64,000 nucleotides of DNA. Source: Tubulanus polymorphus. Taxonomy: Eukaryota > Animalia > Nemertea. Where the stretch lies: positions 18,944,150 through 19,008,149 of the forward strand of contig NC_134026.1 of NCBI RefSeq assembly GCF_964204645.1. The letters are read 5' to 3'. The position numbers and the translations under genes were made by a program. Below the pieces are notes generated by a model. That model ran no database searches. It was not told where the DNA came from and saw nothing but the letters and a program-made list of their open reading frames with translations. Shown in pieces: positions 58,346 through 64,000 of this stretch (position 1 is its first letter; every line of letters starts with the position of its first letter).

Positions 58346-59787
58346 CCAAGACGCTTCCGTAACTTCGTTTCTGCGTCCGAAATTTACCGTTTCTGCGCTC
58401 GATTCGGCGCGTTTCAGTGCGGTGAAATTCGTTTCTTCGCGGCGAAGAACTAGAAATCACCGTGCAGAAACGCGCCAAAACGGGCTGAGCAACACGAAGG
58501 TTCGTTTCTGCGCTCGTTTTCAATTTGGCGCGTTTCTCCGCGGTAAGTTTCGTTTCTGTGGCGCATAGAAACGGACGCAGAAACGAAGCAATCTATTTTT
58601 TGCGCGCATATTGCATCGATTTTTTCTTTTAAGCTTGGCCCAAATCAGCCACCATACATTACACTTCCCTGGTTACCAGTACCTCTTCATAAACTGGTCA
58701 AAAACGTCATGTACGGTGACCGGCTTTACGATTAGGTGACTGAGTTAAGCTATTGTAAAAGTTATATTCAACTTGGTATCACTATAAAACTACAAACAAT
58801 ACTGCAACTGAAATACCCTAATAATACTCTATAAAATCTAACACTTCAATTGAACCCCTTGGGTTGTAGGGGTAATCCTTAAATCACATTTCCACTCAAT
58901 AAAGCACACTAGATGCCATCTTTCATTAGGGGCTTGGGTGAGGTTAAGTGGCACAATCGAGTATACAGATAGTATCAAAATGGGATAACATGCTTGGGAA
59001 TAATGTAAGTTTATGCTACCATGAACTGATTCCCAAATGACATCCACCAAATCGGGGGTTTAAGGGTTTAAGGGCCAGAATTGGGGACACAATTGGGCGG
59101 TTTTAAAGGGCATTTCATCCCAATGGATGATACACAATAGGCTACTAATAGCTTAGGTATGTTTCATAACGTATTCTTAAAATTAGGATACGTTGCCCTG
59201 CAATTTGCTTCATGCCGTCTTCGTTGATATATAAAACATGAAAAGAAGTAGAGGAAAGCTAATAAAGTGTGTATGTTCAGCGCATGTTAGAATAAATTGA
59301 ATTTGACAGCAACATTGTTAGCACACATGAACATTTGTAAACATTCACAGCAATAAATCATCATTCGATATCAAGTTCCAATATTTGATTACTGTCAGTG
59401 ATACGGCTTGACAATATAAGAATTGGGCCGCAAATAGCATTTCAAGCATTTCTATCTTCAGCAGCTATTCAACGCCGATTCTCGTAGGTAAGTCCCTTTC
59501 ATGTCCCTTTCTTGATTCGCTGATGCTTATCTAAGAATGCGTCAACGAATATCAGAACTCACGAGAGTCCATTAAGTCTACCGTAAGAATCCCGTGGAGA
59601 TATTCAATGGATGTATTAAATTGATATTATTTTTGGGTGACAAATTGAAGATATCGGTCGCACTTACCAAACAGCATTTCTGACCGACCGTCTTTAACAT
59701 TACACTTCAGATCGGTTTTCTCAAAATTTCGTGACTTGATAGGACTTTATCCTTCCTACCTGCATGTGTTTGTATTTTGTAGAAATA

Positions 59788-60009
59788 ATGCGCGGGGTAA
59801 TCATTTTCATGCTCATCGCCTTGTGCTTCGCCATTGCGCATTGCAAACATTCGCCCGAGTACATCGCAGATTGTAAGTCATACGGTTGCGATTACTGCAA
59901 GAATGTGAACGGCTTCGACGTCCAAAAATGTTACCAGTGGTGCGAAGTTGCTACGATCAGCTACGACTATATGTGTGATCAATACAAGGAATTTTACGAA
60001 AAATTATAA
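59788..60009 (+). CDS. Secreted six-cysteine peptide, copy 4 (divergent paralogue, 73 aa)
   Basis: MRGVIIFMLIALCFAIAHC-KHSPEYIADCKSYGCDYCKNVNGFDVQKCYQWCEVATISYDYMCDQYKEFYEKL; same acceptor-ATG layout; identical cysteine spacing. Confidence 0.88.
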   Translation: MRGVIIFMLIALCFAIAHCKHSPEYIADCKSYGCDYCKNVNGFDVQKCYQWCEVATISYDYMCDQYKEFYEKL

Positions 60010-60930
60010 AAAGTAGTTGAATAAAAATCCGTGCAAACTTACGTGGTTTAGCAAAGACTTCATTGTTTTCATTAAATGCTTCTTGAATTTCCAGTACCGT
60101 GTTTGCATAGACATACCCTATTTGAACAGCGACGAAACTAATCCAATTTCAAAAAAGCACCGGATTTCATTTGGAGAGAACTGTAAAGATTGTTGTTTGA
60201 ATAATACTATTTTTCATATTTTTTCCGAGGCAGAGTACATTTTAGACAATCAGCTATCGGGTATTGTAACTTAGCACCAAGTGTGTGCAACACAAAGTGC
60301 CAATAAAGCAAGAATAACATCCCCTTTATGTATTTTTGATAATAGCAATACATGTAATAACTTAATGATTTAGGTGTCATGAGGATACATTATAGAGGTT
60401 CGGTTATATTCAGCAATTTGCGTAGTTTGACCAAGTACAACGAGACGAGTACTTCGTAAAAGGTTAACTAGTTCGGTTAACGCGGCTCCTCTACGAATCT
60501 TCTCATCACGTATAGTTTGACCATTGAGTATTTTTAAAGAACTAAGTGAGGTACGTAACCCATAGTCACTGGGTTTATTAAAACGCAAGTGTGATTGATA
60601 AGCACTGTGTTCTTACAATCGGAAATTCGAATATAAAGTGATGCATTATTCCTTTCCGATTACAATATGATTATGATTGCATTTTAGTTTCAGTTAAGTC
60701 TATTGCTCCACAAATAATTTTGCATTGTACATCGAAAGTAAACTATCAATATACACAAAAATTACTATGAAATGAACCTCCGAGAATACCTCCGCTTTAG
60801 GGATGTATTATATTACCTGTTTCAATTGGTAGTTTGTTATCATTTCATCTATATTGGCGCAATGGAATAGGTAGGACTTGCAATGCGCTTGGAACTGAAG
60901 TTCAGTTTTGGCGATTGAATATGTTGTCCT

Positions 60931-61028
60931 GGGCCTGGTTTTATAGACTTGTATTATCTTTAACCCGGGGGTTAACATAATTGAAAATGATTTAAGTTAG
61001 GCCCGGGTTAAAGTTATATAACCGGCCC
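60931..61028. mobile_element. Short Harbinger-like MITE
   Basis: GGGCCTGGTTTTATA...TATATAACCGGCCC ends with internal TAACCCGGG/CCCGGGTTA inverted pair. Confidence 0.45.
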
Positions 61029-62974
61029 CTGGGCAGTTACGACAATCAGCCATCCATTTTTGAGTAATTGATTTTGGAGACGCAGTTTTATAACAAATTG
61101 AAACATTTTAACGTTGTAACAAAATTGTAAAATTGTAACAGTTCTAACATGAGAGAATTATGTATAGTTGTAATCTATCCATCTTCGTTTCCACAAAATT
61201 TAAATTTAGGTAGAAAACAAATTGAGCTAATTGGTTTATAAATTCAGAACTCGAATAAACGAACTTTTAGTTATTTTTTGTAAGCTTAATACTGGTACAA
61301 CATGTAACGACGTCGCGATCAACTAATTAGATCTGTATGAGCTGAAGTAATGAAACCTGAAATGTGTAAAAAAATCGGTTTAATCGTTTATTCATCAAAA
61401 GGAATGCAATGGTGGAGCCAGTGGCACACTGGGAGTAGTACGTGCTTTCCCTAATGTCATCGAAAATCTCAAATACGTGTGATTGGTTTTCCGCTATTCA
61501 TAAGCCCAACAAACTGAAGATCTGACCAATAACCAAAAATAGGACGATTTTCATCGCATTGATTGTGTTAAAATCTAAAGCTTCACTCCATCATCAGAAC
61601 CGCTGATTCACGGATGAAACATGAATCAGTTTTTTTTTAATAGTTTGCATCAATAAGGTACTCATAAGCCTGATGAAGAAGTCGAGAAAGCTCCACCCTA
61701 ATTGACTACATGAAATGAATCCGGTGTTGCGTTCGCCGGATATGAGACTTTTATGTGACATCATACACACGCGGTGTACTTCACTACCTGGAGTTGAATC
61801 CAAATGTTGCCGTCAGTGCAAACCAAAAAACTTGCATTTGCTCTCAACCGAGTAAATATCACGATAATCTTGAGACAAGTCAATATATGACCCCTTGCAA
61901 CCCGATGAATTGAATGAAGTATCAATTTCCTAATATTCCCACCCTGTGAGACTGGCCACCCAACGTTACAATATCTGAAAGATTAGATTGCACATGTGCG
62001 TAACGGTGCGTAACGGTTCAGTCTGAGCAATCCGATTTCTCAAAGGTAAGGACAGAATAGCATGCGTTTGAAAATTTCTGGTCCTTTTTGGCCAAAAGTA
62101 GCACTTCTGAACTTTCAAAACCTGTAATCTCTACTACCAATTTTACATTATAAGCTACTTTTTAGTCTGCTTCAGGGAATATCTAATGAAAATTGCTTTT
62201 TATAAAAATCCATTTCTCGAACTCTTGCGTGACTCTTCTGTACCACATTATATTATGATCATTCCACGTCGTCGATTCCCTGTTGGACGTCTGACTCATG
62301 TTTACGAATGAAATTGAAGAACGCAGCTTTAGATTAGCTAATTGGGATTAACATGTAGAGTATTCTCATATTGGCCGGGTCATCGGCTGGCTGACGTTAG
62401 CCGACTTTTCCATAGTCAATTTGATCATCATGGTTTATATAATATGGTTTATTTCATAACAATAGTATCGTAGAATCTTATCGAAATGAACAACTATGAC
62501 TTTTAGTGCACAATATATACGTTAAATGTATTTCGATCCTAGAAAGTCCACTCATTTTCACAGTAACCGCTTAAAAACGAAACGCCGAAATTTCCCCGGA
62601 TCTCGAACTGGATGTTGTAGCAGGAACGGTGTACCATCTGCACTGTCTACACTGCTTTTCGTGAAATCGATTTACGTCTACACACAATTTAATCGCCTAG
62701 GCCTAATTTCTACAGAAGGGCATTGCATTGCAGTCTTCTTTAAATTATTCATTTTTTAGTCTAAATCTAGGTACAAATTCGGGTTTTAAAAGTTTAAAAT
62801 ATCGACTTGTCGATTGTCGATTCTTGGTGGCTACAATGCTTATCGTATATATTTCCCATTAAGCCTATAATCTGTTCCACGGAAGCGTCCTGGAGACATA
62901 TCTATTTAAAAATTGTGATTGTCGAGGCTTATTCCGAGTTATTATTCCGAGTTTGTAACTCGAAACAAACCCCC

Positions 62975-63059
62975 AAAAATCGCATTTAACTGAGAAAACT
63001 AGTTTATTCCGAGTTACAAACACGGAAGAAACTAGTTTTCTCAGTTAAATGCGATTTTT
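62975..63059. repeat. Inverted repeat with 31-bp perfect arms amid TTATTCCGAGTT repeats
   Basis: AAAAATCGCATTTAACTGAGAAAACTAGTTT ... AAACTAGTTTTCTCAGTTAAATGCGATTTTT. Confidence 0.8.
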
Positions 63060-64000
63060 AAGGTTTATTCCGAGTTTCAGTCTCTCGCACATGAATCTAT
63101 GCGCATGTCTAAGCGCATGTCCTTTTGCTATATATTTTCACGCTTTAAGTCAACTTGGTTTATGGTACAATTGCCAACTACAGTTCCCCTTGACGTGTAG
63201 GCTGTTAAAGGACGTTAGATAGCTTTTCATTTAGCTCGGAATTCGATAGGCCTATTCGTTTTTTCCTCTCTATTGTTTCTCAGTCCTATCTATCGGCTTC
63301 ATTTCATATTCAATTCCAATTAAAGTTGTTATTTGAAAGGTTAAATAGACGTGAAGCGGGGTAGATCGACGATTTCAGGCTGATGGTGCAAAATCCAAGG
63401 AGGGTGTCTGTTTTTATTCATTGAATAACATCTTTTTAAGTTTGTACGCAGACAAGCGTTCTGGAGATAGGCCTGCTTTTTAACTCAGAAAATTGAATTG
63501 CGATTTCACAGCATTCACTTTGGGAATAGCCTACCATTCACAGAAATCCGGGGGTATCACCACCATCTGGATCCACCACTGCTCTAATGGGGTTTTCCGC
63601 GGAACCAGTTAGCTGCAGAAAAATTTAATCTTAGCAATTTCTAGTCGTGTAGAAATTGAGTGACGAATAAGCTTATGATTTTGGTGCAAAGATATAAACC
63701 ATAACCCGGTATGTTTTCAAAAAAAATTAAAATCTCTATTTGCGAACTCAATTAAGTGTGAAGCGTTTGGCATTTTTTTTCTGAAGATGTATTTGCCTAA
63801 TTATATTCGAACTCGTTTTATCCATTGAGATCTTCGTAATTGCGCTAGTCTGTATGTACTTAAGAGATCCAACATTCAATGATTTAATTCTAAGTACATT
63901 GATCGTAATAAAATAATGTAGTCTATACGCCTAATTCATTATGTTGGTTGATAATCACGAAGATAAAGATAATTAGAGATTTATATTTTTTGGAGCTTGA

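Noticed and set aside
59055-59075. TTAAGGG repeats resembling telomeric sequence
   Set aside because: Only two units and not TTAGGG.
61665-61700. CTGATGA...GAAA as a second hammerhead
   Set aside because: No stem II pairing between the two core motifs.

Overview
AT-rich invertebrate animal genomic DNA with spliceosomal GT-AG introns; a lophotrochozoan origin is plausible but not provable from this window. 1-29.5 kb: the last 21 coding exons of GCN1 on the + strand. Three near-identical DIRS1-type tyrosine-recombinase retrotransposons (gag, RT-RNaseH-MT, YR, split ITRs plus ICR) sit in three of its introns, all in sense orientation. 30.4-34.1 kb: a decayed L2/CR1 LINE interrupted by a Helentron-like non-autonomous element that carries a 154-bp repeat containing a CTCF-consensus motif. 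34.3-43.5 kb (- strand): a probable secreted kringle gene. Its putative first intron holds a ~6 kb pseudogenised Polinton-like endogenous dsDNA virus with a terminal hairpin, penton- and capsid-like genes, membrane-protein genes and a repeated T-run/TAAATG start motif. 47.7-60 kb: four copies of a small secreted six-cysteine peptide with an eclosion-hormone-like cysteine framework. Smaller elements include MITEs, a SINE, a Penelope-type hammerhead palindrome and two P-element-style excision footprints. Best leads: the virus relic with poxvirus-like late promoters, the peptide cluster, and a UCC_UUU_CG +1 frameshift motif at the DIRS gag/pol junction. Family calls rest on recalled motifs rather than database searches, and coordinates were counted by hand.
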